Part shown: positions 1 to 7,344 of the stretch, one piece after another
Layout: every line of letters begins with the position of its first letter
Numbering within the stretch: position 1 is the stretch's first letter
Origin: an uncultured virus (IMG/VR IMGVR_UViG_3300021387_000129)
Taxonomy: Duplodnaviria > Heunggongvirae > Uroviricota > Caudoviricetes
Reading direction: 5' to 3' (one strand)
IMG/VR virus record: IMGVR_UViG_3300021387_000129
Length of the DNA: 20,000 nucleotides
Notes under the pieces: model-generated
The model's database searches: none
Told to the model about the DNA's origin: nothing
Seen by the model: only the letters and a program-made list of their open reading frames with translations
Made by a program: the position numbers and the translations under genes

Positions 1-255
1 ATCTTTATCCTCCTTGCCGCTCACGTCATCAAAGAATTTGCCAACCTCGTCTACGATTTTGTCAAAGAATTTGGACGCTGTATTCGCGATGGCACAGGAT
101 ATCACCGCTCCCGCACCATAGCTGCACAATTTCATGGCTCCATTGCGCTCCTCATTTCCGTTTCGTATGATCGGTCGCATGAGGCTGGCAGTGCCTGCAT
201 AAATCACGATGCTGCCGCCAGTTTTGATTCGCTCGCGTATTTTCTTTTTGTTCAT
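1..255 (-). CDS. hypothetical protein, runs off window (MNKKKIRERIKTGG...)
   Basis: Hand-translated: ATG at 255 after GAGAGGAG RBS, open for 85 codons to position 1; overlaps the tail of the 152-499 ORF. Confidence 0.6.
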   Translation of the reverse strand, partial: MNKKKIRERIKTGGSIVIYAGTASLMRPIIRNGNEERNGAMKLCSYGAGAVISCAIANTASKFFDKIVDEVGKFFDDVSGKEDKD

Positions 256-499
256 AATCCGATCTCCTCTCACCATAATAATTATTGATTACAATGGGTG
301 CCTGCGCTGATGGATATACCTGCTGGGGCTGATCCTTCCTTGTCAGTACCTTGCTCCCAAATGCAATCACACCGAACGTAAGTCCAAATTTGATAATGCC
401 TGAATAATGCTCCAGCTTGTCATTCAGCGTCTCCTTTGCCGATTCCACAGCACCATCTGTCGCCTTAGTCGTAAGCCTCTTAGTCAATTTTTCAAACAT
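152..499 (-). CDS. hypothetical membrane-associated protein
   Basis: ORF track 152..673; the upstream part overlaps a terminator and another gene, so start placed at MFEKL (499); hydrophobic GIIKFGLTFGVIAFG; no clear RBS. Confidence 0.55.
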   Translation of the reverse strand: MFEKLTKRLTTKATDGAVESAKETLNDKLEHYSGIIKFGLTFGVIAFGSKVLTRKDQPQQVYPSAQAPIVINNYYGERRSDYEQKENTRANQNWRQHRDLCRHCQPHATDHTKRK

Positions 500-500
500 G

Positions 501-535
501 ATAAAAAGAGGAGCCATGTGTTTCCACACAGCTCC
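501..535 (-). terminator. intrinsic terminator, type A
   Basis: GGAGC-TG-TGTG-GAAA-CACA-TG-GCTCC then T-tract; identical to 3342-3367 and 4376-4401. Confidence 0.8.
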
Positions 536-554
536 ATACTCCTTTCGTCTTAAT

Positions 555-857
555 TCATTCGACGTTCGGATCCAACGGGGACACAGGTTGTTGTGGCTGC
601 TCATAATATGCAACCGTCTGCTGAACCCCAGCGTTCTTACCTTTCTTGTAAGCCACGAATGCAGAAGCCACACCTCCGCCGACCGTTACCGCTCCGGCAA
701 CAGCACCTTTCCAATGCCGTTTAAACCAGGCCTTAACGCCCTTCTCTTCGGTCTTCTTCTCAGTCTTCGTTTCCTCTACCTTCTTGGTTTCTTCCACTTT
801 CGGTTCCTCCTTCTTTTCGGTTCCTTCAGTCTCAACAACCTTCTTGTTCTCTTCCAT
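555..857 (-). CDS. hypothetical protein, E/K-rich N-terminus plus one TM segment (cassette cargo)
   Basis: ORF with GGAGG RBS; lies between the motif at 899-925 and the terminator at 501-535. Confidence 0.8.
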   Translation of the reverse strand: MEENKKVVETEGTEKKEEPKVEETKKVEETKTEKKTEEKGVKAWFKRHWKGAVAGAVTVGGGVASAFVAYKKGKNAGVQQTVAYYEQPQQPVSPLDPNVE

Positions 858-898
858 CAGTTTTTACCTCCGAATTATTTTGTGAGATATCACTATCT

Positions 899-925
899 CC
901 ATTATCAGCGTTGTTTTTACTGCGA
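899..925 (-). promoter_or_regulatory. TCGCA-N5-AACA promoter-like motif
   Basis: TCGCA GTAAA AACA ACGCT GATAAT GG. Confidence 0.75.
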
Positions 926-1073
926 GTTTTTGACTGTAATATCTCGCATAGTCTATCCACAGGCATATACATCAATTCCGTCAATGGTATGCCTTCATAT
1001 GGGTCTGTCATGTCACTCGACTCCAGTACCTTCGAATATCCCAGTAATCATAGATCAGCTCGTCAAGGCCGAT

Positions 1074-1970
1074 TCACACGCAATCAGCCTTAATTCTCCA
1101 TCCAAGCCGCATGTCGCTCGGTTCCGTATCGAAATGAATCGCCCAACAGGTATGCTCGCCGTCTGGAGCCGTATCAGGAACCATGTAGATCTCAATCGGG
1201 TCGTCATCAGATCCATCAATTTCGAATCCTTTGTTAAATCCCTGATGCCTGAGCGAAGGCGCATTTGCAATTTTGTCATCAAACCCAATATATTTCACAA
1301 TTTGGCTGAGCGACACACCAACTTCCTTGCCGTCCCAATCTGAGGACATAATCGCGTTCTCATACCTGCTTCTCGGAGGAAGTGCCTTCATCTCACATTG
1401 AGCCTGCTTAATCGCCAACTCGACCCTCTGATGCGTAGAGAAAAATGGGAGCTTGAGCCAATCCAGAACAAACAGTTTGCCTTCTTCTTCTCCCTGCTCA
1501 AAATGAGGAGCTCCGAGAATATCCGCCTTGGTCAGTTTCTGAATATTCTCCTCCGCAACCTTCTGCTGAACTTCCTTCTCTTTCTTTTCGCCCAGCACTT
1601 CTTTGCTCGCCTGCTTGTAATTGTCATAAAGCTTGCGAGTACCTGTATACAGCGCAGTCATCTCAGCCAGGTTCTTCGCAGACACCCGATTACTCCCGAT
1701 ACCGGCTGCAGAAGTACCAACAGCGCACAGAGCAGTGGGAATATAGTCCTTCCAGCAGTTCTTTACTTTGTCCTGGATGCTCAGATCCTCATACTTGATC
1801 CCTTTCTCATCCAGCTTCCGAATACTCTTGATGGTATCCTTATGAGAAATAACCGCCGTCCCAATCGTGCCCACCACATTCACACCTGTCAGAATATTGG
1901 CCCGATTCTTTACAATCCAGTCGCCAGCCTGCTGCGCCATAAGCTTGTAACCTTCAATAATGTAACCCAT
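1074..1970 (-). CDS. conserved phage protein, DUF6353-like (N-terminal hydrophobic helices)
   Basis: 298 aa, AGAAAGGAG RBS; NILTGVNVVGTIGTAVIS...WKDYIPTAL resembles that siphovirus family (from memory, not searched). Confidence 0.6.
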   Translation of the reverse strand: MGYIIEGYKLMAQQAGDWIVKNRANILTGVNVVGTIGTAVISHKDTIKSIRKLDEKGIKYEDLSIQDKVKNCWKDYIPTALCAVGTSAAGIGSNRVSAKNLAEMTALYTGTRKLYDNYKQASKEVLGEKKEKEVQQKVAEENIQKLTKADILGAPHFEQGEEEGKLFVLDWLKLPFFSTHQRVELAIKQAQCEMKALPPRSRYENAIMSSDWDGKEVGVSLSQIVKYIGFDDKIANAPSLRHQGFNKGFEIDGSDDDPIEIYMVPDTAPDGEHTCWAIHFDTEPSDMRLGWRIKADCV

Positions 1971-2003
1971 AGATCCGATCTCCTTTCTTGTCGAGAGAGT
2001 AGT

Positions 2004-2066
2004 AAGAAATAAGGAGAAGAATGCACATACACTCTCCTCCTATAATAAGCATTGTTTTGTTTGCGA
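2004..2066 (-). other. empty cassette: motif directly followed by hairpin and T-tract
   Basis: TCGCA AACAA AACA ATGCT TATTAT AG (2040-2066); hairpin 2012-2041; TATTTCTT. Confidence 0.6.
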
Positions 2067-2069
2067 ATA

Positions 2070-2261
2070 TCATTCTTCAACCATTTCAACACTGGTGTCG
2101 TAAAGGTCATAATAGTTATTGTCTTTTGCGAGATCTTTCATGTGTCTTCCAAATTCCGCGAATTGAGACGCGAAATCAGTATTCGGCAACTCCATGATAG
2201 TTTCTCCTGTTCCTTCCTGGCCAAGGATACTTGTGTAACAATATGTGACCTTTACTTTCAT
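2070..2261 (-). CDS. hypothetical protein
   Basis: 63 aa; start overlaps the stop of the upstream gene. Confidence 0.7.
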   Translation of the reverse strand: MKVKVTYCYTSILGQEGTGETIMELPNTDFASQFAEFGRHMKDLAKDNNYYDLYDTSVEMVEE

Positions 2262-2527
2262 TTTCTATTCCTCCTGTGTTCAGCTGGAGTCTCTGGAGCA
2301 TACCGAGGATCTGGTTCCGGATCTTCCATGAGCTCCTTCATCTTATATTCCGAAACATACTCACCGGTGCTCGTGCGAATACCCGTAGGAGTCTCACCAC
2401 GATCCTTCGCTTCCTTGTACTCCTGAATATAGTACATGATACCAGTCGTCACATCCACCCAGTTGCACCCCATGCCGTAGACCCATTCAAAAGATTTCAT
2501 TGGGTGTTTACGTCTTGCTTCTGCCAT
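2258..2527 (-). CDS. hypothetical protein
   Basis: 89 aa, GGAGG RBS. Confidence 0.75.
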   Translation of the reverse strand: MAEARRKHPMKSFEWVYGMGCNWVDVTTGIMYYIQEYKEAKDRGETPTGIRTSTGEYVSEYKMKELMEDPEPDPRYAPETPAEHRRNRK

Positions 2528-2540
2528 TAAATATCCCTCC

Positions 2541-2861
2541 TTATAAGTCTCTGTTTTCCCACCAATAAAGGTGCTGCAAATATAGGTTCAGGATTTTCAC
2601 CGCACGCCTTGGTAGCTCGTAAGGCCACAATAGATATATCTGAATAATATTGAGAAATTTGGTACGAGTTGGCATCATCTGGTCACTTTTCTCCACTTGA
2701 TCATGCCAGTCGCTCGTATGCATATCGTAAACCGAGTCTGAAATACCATTTTGTTTCTTGGCTCTCTTCGCATACCATACAATAAGCCATGGAAACACAA
2801 GCCGGATAAGAATAACCCCTGTGAGCAGATACGCCAGGATAAAGCTGATGATGTTGATCAA
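2541..2861 (-). CDS. hypothetical membrane protein
   Basis: 106 aa, N-terminal TM helix, abuts the upstream stop. Confidence 0.75.
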   Translation of the reverse strand: MINIISFILAYLLTGVILIRLVFPWLIVWYAKRAKKQNGISDSVYDMHTSDWHDQVEKSDQMMPTRTKFLNIIQIYLLWPYELPRRAVKILNLYLQHLYWWENRDL

Positions 2862-3071
2862 TTACTGTACCTCCGTCTGTTCAATAAATTTGATAAGCCG
2901 ATTGAGTGTGTTTACAATATCTAATTCCTCCCCTTTATCCAGAGATATCATTGGATGAACGGGGTCCACTTCTTCGGCAAGCTGCATTCGATCCATAAGT
3001 TTAAGCTTAAGATTATCCGCGTTGTCCAATAAAATCATAAGTTGTCCAACTGTCATCTTCCTTTCGTCCAT
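2862..3071 (-). CDS. hypothetical protein
   Basis: 69 aa, GGAGG RBS, tight operon spacing. Confidence 0.75.
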   Translation of the reverse strand: MDERKMTVGQLMILLDNADNLKLKLMDRMQLAEEVDPVHPMISLDKGEELDIVNTLNRLIKFIEQTEVQ

Positions 3072-3072
3072 C

Positions 3073-3309
3073 TCAATACCTCCTGCTCAGTTTAGATACG
3101 CACTTACCGATCCAGCCCTTCTTCTTGAATATCTTCCGGGCTTCCGTAGGCTTGTACATCTTGAAGAAATGGCCACCAGCCGGAGTAGTAATCTCATAGG
3201 TCCTCGGTACTTCTGTTCTCAAAACAATCTCCTCCTTCGTAATTCCCCATGCAGAATAATAATTATTGGCACCTGCTGGCATCCTGGTAACCGACGATTT
3301 AGTCACCAT
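3073..3309 (-). CDS. hypothetical basic protein
   Basis: 78 aa, AAGGAGG RBS. Confidence 0.75.
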   Translation of the reverse strand: MVTKSSVTRMPAGANNYYSAWGITKEEIVLRTEVPRTYEITTPAGGHFFKMYKPTEARKIFKKKGWIGKCVSKLSRRY

Positions 3310-3330
3310 TTTAATCCTCCTTTCAGGTCA

Positions 3331-3367
3331 GCGAAAGAAAAGGAGCCATGTGTTTCCACACAGCTCC
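3331..3367 (-). terminator. type A terminator followed by TTTCGC
   Basis: Hairpin 3342-3367, T-tract, TCGC at 3334-3331 with no promoter motif following. Confidence 0.8.
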
Positions 3368-3383
3368 AAATAACCATCCAAAC

Positions 3384-3599
3384 TTAATGAATAGTCACAA
3401 TAGGTTTTTCCTGTTTCCGCTCCTTTCTCTTTTTAAAGTGGTCCACCATCCGATTCGCGCCATTGCTAATTCCTTCGTTAGCGCGATCAATCACAGCTTC
3501 TAAATTCGCTTTGCTGCCTAATCTTCTAAAGACAGCAAATACGAATTTGCAAGCTACAATCGTCGCCATTACTCCGGCTAACCATAACACAAATTCCAT
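3384..3599 (-). CDS. small membrane protein (cassette cargo)
   Basis: 71 aa, AAGGAGG RBS, N-terminal TM. Confidence 0.8.
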   Translation of the reverse strand: MEFVLWLAGVMATIVACKFVFAVFRRLGSKANLEAVIDRANEGISNGANRMVDHFKKRKERKQEKPIVTIH

Positions 3600-3644
3600 A
3601 AGTCATCCTCCTTAAAATATGAATTCAGGGATCGCATTCTCTCC

Positions 3645-3671
3645 CTATATACAGCGTTGTTTCTACTGCGA
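3645..3671 (-). promoter_or_regulatory. TCGCA-N5-AACA motif
   Basis: TCGCA GTAGA AACA ACGCT GTATAT AG; contains the TAG stop of the upstream ORF. Confidence 0.75.
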
Positions 3672-3827
3672 CCCTGCAAAGTTATCCGTTCCAATAAATT
3701 GAGTAGGCAAAGAAATAGAGGCCTGCGTTTCCGCATAAGCCTCTTTATATTCTTCTTCAGTGACAAACTTCATCCATCTTCCGTTCAGCCATCCCATTAC
3801 GGAATAGTCAACATAATAATACTTCAT
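3663..3827 (-). CDS. small hypothetical protein (MKYYYVDY...)
   Basis: AGGAGGTG RBS before ATG at 3827. Confidence 0.65.
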   Translation of the reverse strand: MKYYYVDYSVMGWLNGRWMKFVTEEEYKEAYAETQASISLPTQFIGTDNFAGSQ

Positions 3828-3838
3828 TTGATCACCTC

Positions 3839-3865
3839 CTATCATGAGTGTTGTTTTTACTGCGA
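3839..3865 (-). promoter_or_regulatory. TCGCA-N5-AACA motif
   Basis: TCGCA GTAAA AACA ACACT CATGAT AG; contains the TAA stop of the upstream ORF. Confidence 0.75.
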
Positions 3866-4324
3866 CTTCTGCCCACCGAATATCGACTTTTCAAGTGCAA
3901 TATTTACAGGATGCCCATGTTCAACGACCAAAGGTTGCTGGTGGATAAACTTCTTTTTTAAAACGCGTCCATCAGTAGTCCTGATAGTTATTTCCGGGTA
4001 CTCAATATGATCACCATCCGTATCTCCTTCGTCCGGTTCATCATCCTGTGGCGATTCCTCTTCTGCCAATTGCCGTTCTACTTTCCAATTGGATGCATAT
4101 ACCTCCAACCCCAACTGAAGAAGCTGGACAATCCTTTTGGTAATATTCTCGACATCCTCAATGTCATAGAATGGGAGTGTCATCACCTCAAATGTCGGAT
4201 ACTTGTCCCCAACATTCCATGCCGTCTTAAGAATATACTTCCTGAATTTTGCATACTCTCCAGCATTCTGAAACCGTACCTTAATCGTCACCTGTCCAGT
4301 AAACTTCTCAACATAATCGCTCAT
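3857..4324 (-). CDS. hypothetical protein (backbone)
   Basis: AGAAAGGAG RBS before MSDYVEK; acidic linker. Confidence 0.75.
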   Translation of the reverse strand: MSDYVEKFTGQVTIKVRFQNAGEYAKFRKYILKTAWNVGDKYPTFEVMTLPFYDIEDVENITKRIVQLLQLGLEVYASNWKVERQLAEEESPQDDEPDEGDTDGDHIEYPEITIRTTDGRVLKKKFIHQQPLVVEHGHPVNIALEKSIFGGQKSQ

Positions 4325-4364
4325 ATGCAATCTCCTTTCTAAATTAGACATGACTAATTCGATA

Positions 4365-4401
4365 GCGAAAGAAAAGGAGCCATGTGTTTCCACACAGCTC
4401 C
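4365..4401 (-). terminator. type A terminator followed by TTTCGC
   Basis: 37 bp identical to 3331-3367. Confidence 0.8.
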
Positions 4402-4407
4402 AAATTC

Positions 4408-4707
4408 TTAAATGTTCGTTTCTTTGTTCTTAATGGATTCTTCAACCCATTTATCCGCATTTCTAAACAGTTGATCTGCTTTTTCCTTATTGCTCATATT
4501 ACCTTTCAACAAATTGTCCATCATTTCCACAAAATGCTTTGTCATCACCTCCGTAGTTTTTGCCAGCACTTGACATGCTTTGGCCGTCCTTCTCGACTGA
4601 TATTCCTCCAGTTCTCTAAGAACCAGATGAAACATCATCGGGACAACAGCACCAACCACAATGCCAGTCACCACAATCACCAGAATTGTTCCAAAAACAC
4701 CGTTCAT
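4408..4707 (-). CDS. membrane-anchored helical protein (cassette cargo)
   Basis: GGAGG RBS before MNGVFG; TM helix. Confidence 0.75.
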   Translation of the reverse strand: MNGVFGTILVIVVTGIVVGAVVPMMFHLVLRELEEYQSRRTAKACQVLAKTTEVMTKHFVEMMDNLLKGNMSNKEKADQLFRNADKWVEESIKNKETNI

Positions 4708-4747
4708 AGACATACCTCCTAATAATATAAGGTAGACATCTCTGTCT

Positions 4748-4774
4748 CCATTATCAGCGTTGTTTCTACTGCGA
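4748..4774 (-). promoter_or_regulatory. TCGCA-N5-AACA motif
   Basis: One mismatch versus the 899-925 copy, with flanking AAAAAC and GGAGA also shared. Confidence 0.75.
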
Positions 4775-4792
4775 GTTTTTGCGAAAAAAGAA

Positions 4793-4940
4793 AGGACTTG
4801 TGGGCTTCGAACCCACGTCTCCACATACATGGTGTTCTACCATTAAACTATTCTATCGGCTAGTAAAACCGAGACAGAATTTCTTCCGCTTTTACGCCTT
4901 TCAACGCTCGGCCCTCCGACGGGTTTATACTCCCAATCCT
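4793..4940 (-). ncRNA. tRNA-like structured RNA carried as cassette cargo
   Basis: Closing stem AGGATT/AGTCCT; D-arm-like TAGTTTAATGGTAGAAC; T-arm GTGGG-TTCGAAG-CCCAC; extra domain with two GAAA-capped hairpins; own motif upstream and T-tract-TCGC downstream. Confidence 0.6.
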
Positions 4941-4942
4941 TC

Positions 4943-4969
4943 CTATTTATAGGGATGTTTAAGTTGCGA
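4943..4969 (-). promoter_or_regulatory. TCGCA-N5-AACA motif
   Basis: TCGCA ACTTA AACA TCCCT ATAAAT AG. Confidence 0.7.
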
Positions 4970-4980
4970 ATATAATAGGA

Positions 4981-5008
4981 AGAAAAAGGAAAGGGTTTGT
5001 TCAACCCT
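4981..5008 (-). terminator. type B terminator
   Basis: AGGGTT-GAACA-AACCCT plus T-tract, overlapping the stop codon. Confidence 0.65.
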
Positions 5009-5414
5009 CGCCTTCGGAATTTTCATAATTCTCCATCATGTCGCAAGTCAAGTCAAATGTCCATTGTACTCTATCCCAGCATTTTGTATGATCATAACCG
5101 TCTTCCTCCTGAATCGTGATCTTAATATACTCAGATCCACAGGTCCATTCGTTATCGCCACTTACATACATCGGCATATAGATACTAACATCACATCTAT
5201 ACAACATTTCTTCAAAACTCGCGAAACTAGATTTCGGAAATTCATGTTCTTTAACAAATTCCTTTAAATCAATCTTTTCACTTGTCTGAAAGTAAATAAC
5301 ATCATTGAAATTTTCTTTCAGGTCCCATTCATGATAGTCGTAATTTACATACGAGCATGCGCTCGCACACATAACTACAAATACCAACATAATCACCAGA
5401 ATAAACTTTTTCAT
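5001..5414 (-). CDS. putative lipoprotein (cassette cargo)
   Basis: MKKFILVIMLVFVVMCASAC signal peptide with lipobox-like ASAC; AAGGAG RBS. Confidence 0.75.
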   Translation of the reverse strand: MKKFILVIMLVFVVMCASACSYVNYDYHEWDLKENFNDVIYFQTSEKIDLKEFVKEHEFPKSSFASFEEMLYRCDVSIYMPMYVSGDNEWTCGSEYIKITIQEEDGYDHTKCWDRVQWTFDLTCDMMENYENSEGEG

Positions 5415-5451
5415 TTCCGTTTCTCCTTTCGTTTTAGGGATTCTATCCCTT

Positions 5452-5509
5452 CTATTATAGGGTATGTACATTTTGCGGAAAGAAAAAAGAAAGGGCTTGT
5501 TCAGCCCTT
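5452..5509 (-). promoter_or_regulatory. junction: type B terminator, T-tract, CCGCA motif
   Basis: Hairpin 5491-5509, then CCGCA AAATG TACA TACCC TATAAT AG. Confidence 0.75.
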
Positions 5510-5720
5510 AGTAGTTCCTGATCAACTTCCGAATATAGCCGTTGATCAGATTCCATCCGACCATCAAACCTACCTGCGCAATGCAGAGGTCCCAACTCCG
5601 GATCGTTGCATATGTGTCAAATAACACAATACCCAACTGCACCAGAGTGATGCCTCCAAACACCACATTGATAACAATCTGAATTGTCGAAAAAATCCTC
5701 TCAAAAACCTTCTTTGCCAT
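5508..5720 (-). CDS. small two-TM membrane protein (cassette cargo)
   Basis: AGAAAGGAG RBS before MAKKVF. Confidence 0.75.
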   Translation of the reverse strand: MAKKVFERIFSTIQIVINVVFGGITLVQLGIVLFDTYATIRSWDLCIAQVGLMVGWNLINGYIRKLIRNY

Positions 5721-5758
5721 CTTGAAACTCTCCTTTCTTTTGCGGGATTCTTTCCCGT

Positions 5759-5815
5759 CTACTATAGGGTATGTACATTTTGCGAAAATAAAAGGGCCAT
5801 GCATAAGCACAGCCC
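5759..5815 (-). promoter_or_regulatory. junction: type C terminator, T-tract, TCGCA motif
   Basis: GGGC-TG-TGC-TTAT-GCA-TG-GCCC, then TCGCA AAATG TACA TACCC TATAGT AG. Confidence 0.75.
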
Positions 5816-5822
5816 ATAAGTC

Positions 5823-6170
5823 TTATTCCAGCAAATTCATGCTTGCCAGAATATTGGATAACTTTTCACCTTGTTGTTTTCTTTGATTGATTAACACGTA
5901 GTCATTGTTTCCCAATGGTCGCTTAAGTTTTAGATACATCCCAAGACTCCTGTCATACACATATCGATCTTTGTTAAATTGCTCTTGTTCAACTTGCTTC
6001 AGCTTCTGTCTGCCTCTGTTCCATTTAACAGCAACACCAGCCAGAGAAGTGAACACAGTTCCTCCAACAATCAACTCATCCTTGTGTACCCTACACCAGT
6101 CTCCGAGTTTCCTCATCTTTTCATGAAACTTGCTTTCGACCTTCACCTTGTCCAAATCAATCTCAGGCAT
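5823..6170 (-). CDS. hypothetical single-TM protein (cassette cargo)
   Basis: 115 aa, AAGGAGG RBS. Confidence 0.8.
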   Translation of the reverse strand: MPEIDLDKVKVESKFHEKMRKLGDWCRVHKDELIVGGTVFTSLAGVAVKWNRGRQKLKQVEQEQFNKDRYVYDRSLGMYLKLKRPLGNNDYVLINQRKQQGEKLSNILASMNLLE

Positions 6171-6186
6171 ATAAAAGCCTCCTTTC

Positions 6187-6213
6187 TCATCATTAGCTAT
6201 GTTTCAACTGCGA
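6187..6213 (-). promoter_or_regulatory. TCGCA-N5-AACA motif
   Basis: TCGCA GTTGA AACA TAGCT AATGAT GA. Confidence 0.75.
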
Positions 6214-6222
6214 CCTTATCCA

Positions 6223-6528
6223 TCAAGAATTCCCTCGTTGTATGGGCAAGTCACCTTCAAATTTCTCGATCAGTTTGCATACTTCCGTGGAAGGCACATG
6301 CACGATCTCCTGGAACATAGGAGTATCGAAAAAATCAATGCATTCTTCTATTACATCTTCAGGCGACCTGTGCGGTACATTATGATGTCCTTCTTTGGCT
6401 GTTTTGTAATCGCGCACTGCACGCAGGCATACAGCTGAACACAACCCTCGAATATAAAAGTCATCCGTTGCATTCAGGTCGATGTTGGATTTGTATCGCT
6501 TTTGTTTCCTTCGTCTACGAGTTGCCAT
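6223..6528 (-). CDS. hypothetical phage protein (backbone)
   Basis: 101 aa, AAAGGA RBS; AVCLRAVRDY motif. Confidence 0.75.
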   Translation of the reverse strand: MATRRRRKQKRYKSNIDLNATDDFYIRGLCSAVCLRAVRDYKTAKEGHHNVPHRSPEDVIEECIDFFDTPMFQEIVHVPSTEVCKLIEKFEGDLPIQRGNS

Positions 6529-6552
6529 GAAATCAGTCCTTTCATCATGAGT

Positions 6553-6582
6553 AAAGAAAAAAGGAGAGGCTTATTCAGCCTC
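6553..6582 (-). terminator. type B terminator
   Basis: GAGGCT-GAATA-AGCCTC plus T-tract, overlapping the stop. Confidence 0.65.
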
Positions 6583-6798
6583 CTTCTCCTTTGCAAAAGC
6601 CAACGCTATTTTCCGTCTCACGCGGGTTTGTTTGTTGTCCCGAATCCTTTCAAGAGCTCGTATTTCTCGTTGACGCTCATCAATTTTCGCGTCGTATTCT
6701 GCTTTAATAGCAGCTAACTCTTCGCTTGCTTCAAACCGTTTACGAAGCTCTTTCTGTTCTTCTTCATCAAAAACATACCTTAGTCGCGTTTTAATCAT
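6571..6798 (-). CDS. coiled-coil hypothetical protein (cassette cargo)
   Basis: 75 aa, AGGAGGTG RBS. Confidence 0.75.
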   Translation of the reverse strand: MIKTRLRYVFDEEEQKELRKRFEASEELAAIKAEYDAKIDERQREIRALERIRDNKQTRVRRKIALAFAKEKEAE

Positions 6799-6811
6799 AA
6801 TGCATCACCTC

Positions 6812-6871
6812 CTACTGTAGGCAATGTTTATTATGCGAAAAAATTAAGGGCCCGTGTTTCCACGAACCCTT
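6812..6871 (-). promoter_or_regulatory. junction: type D terminator, T-tract, TCGCA motif
   Basis: AGGG-TT-CGTG-GAAA-CACG-GG-CCCT, then TCGCA TAATA AACA TTGCC TACAGT AG. Confidence 0.75.
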
Positions 6872-6878
6872 TAAGTTC

Positions 6879-7262
6879 TCACTTCTTCTCGTCTTTGATT
6901 ATGAGATTCCCAATATACTTGGGTTTCTCAGTTCTCGTCGGTTCTGTTGCTTTGTCATAGTGCAACTGCCCTATTTTGGGCTTTTCAGCATAATTAAGCG
7001 ATTTCGTCGTGACAATATTGCCCCGATCTTCATGCTTAAGTACGCTCCACACCGTCGCAAAGGAACTGACACTTGAAATCGCAGTCTGCAAGAAGCCCAG
7101 ACCCAACTGAGTGCGCCAGCCCTTATCGTTCTGTTCACTCTTGGTCAGCTTCTCCAGCTGCGTGTTCAACTTGTCATATTCCTCGCTAGTAGGATCTACT
7201 TCAGCCATCCGATCCAACAACCGTTGTCTCGCTTTTTTGATACTGTTTTTGTCGTTGCTCAT
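6879..7262 (-). CDS. hypothetical protein (cassette cargo)
   Basis: 127 aa, AAGGAGGTG RBS. Confidence 0.8.
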   Translation of the reverse strand: MSNDKNSIKKARQRLLDRMAEVDPTSEEYDKLNTQLEKLTKSEQNDKGWRTQLGLGFLQTAISSVSSFATVWSVLKHEDRGNIVTTKSLNYAEKPKIGQLHYDKATEPTRTEKPKYIGNLIIKDEKK

Positions 7263-7278
7263 TTATGCAACACCTCCT

Positions 7279-7338
7279 TCATCTTAATCGATGTTTTGAT
7301 TGCGAAAGAAATTGAGGGCCGTGTTTCCACGAACCCTC
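7279..7338 (-). promoter_or_regulatory. junction: type D terminator, T-tract, TCGCA motif
   Basis: Hairpin 7314-7338, then TCGCA ATCAA AACA TCGAT TAAGAT GA. Confidence 0.75.
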
Positions 7339-7344
7339 GTCTGT

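Noticed and set aside
832..1011. 59-aa minus-strand ORF MTDPYEG...
   Set aside because: Weak RBS; runs through the promoter motif and into the next gene; possible but unsupported
417..2012. Long plus-strand ORFs (417..1343, 1398..2012) and other plus-strand ORFs in the track
   Set aside because: Antisense shadows of minus-strand genes; no RBS or recognisable motifs
4708..4830. N-terminal extensions of track ORFs (also 5415-5471, 5721-5810, 8277-8477, 10182-10229)
   Set aside because: They overlap promoter motifs, terminators or RNA elements; better RBS-linked starts lie downstream
6529..6560. TCGC at every cassette right end
   Set aside because: Not universal: terminators at 501, 6553 and 9969 and the empty units lack an adjacent TCGC; recorded as counter-evidence to the cassette model
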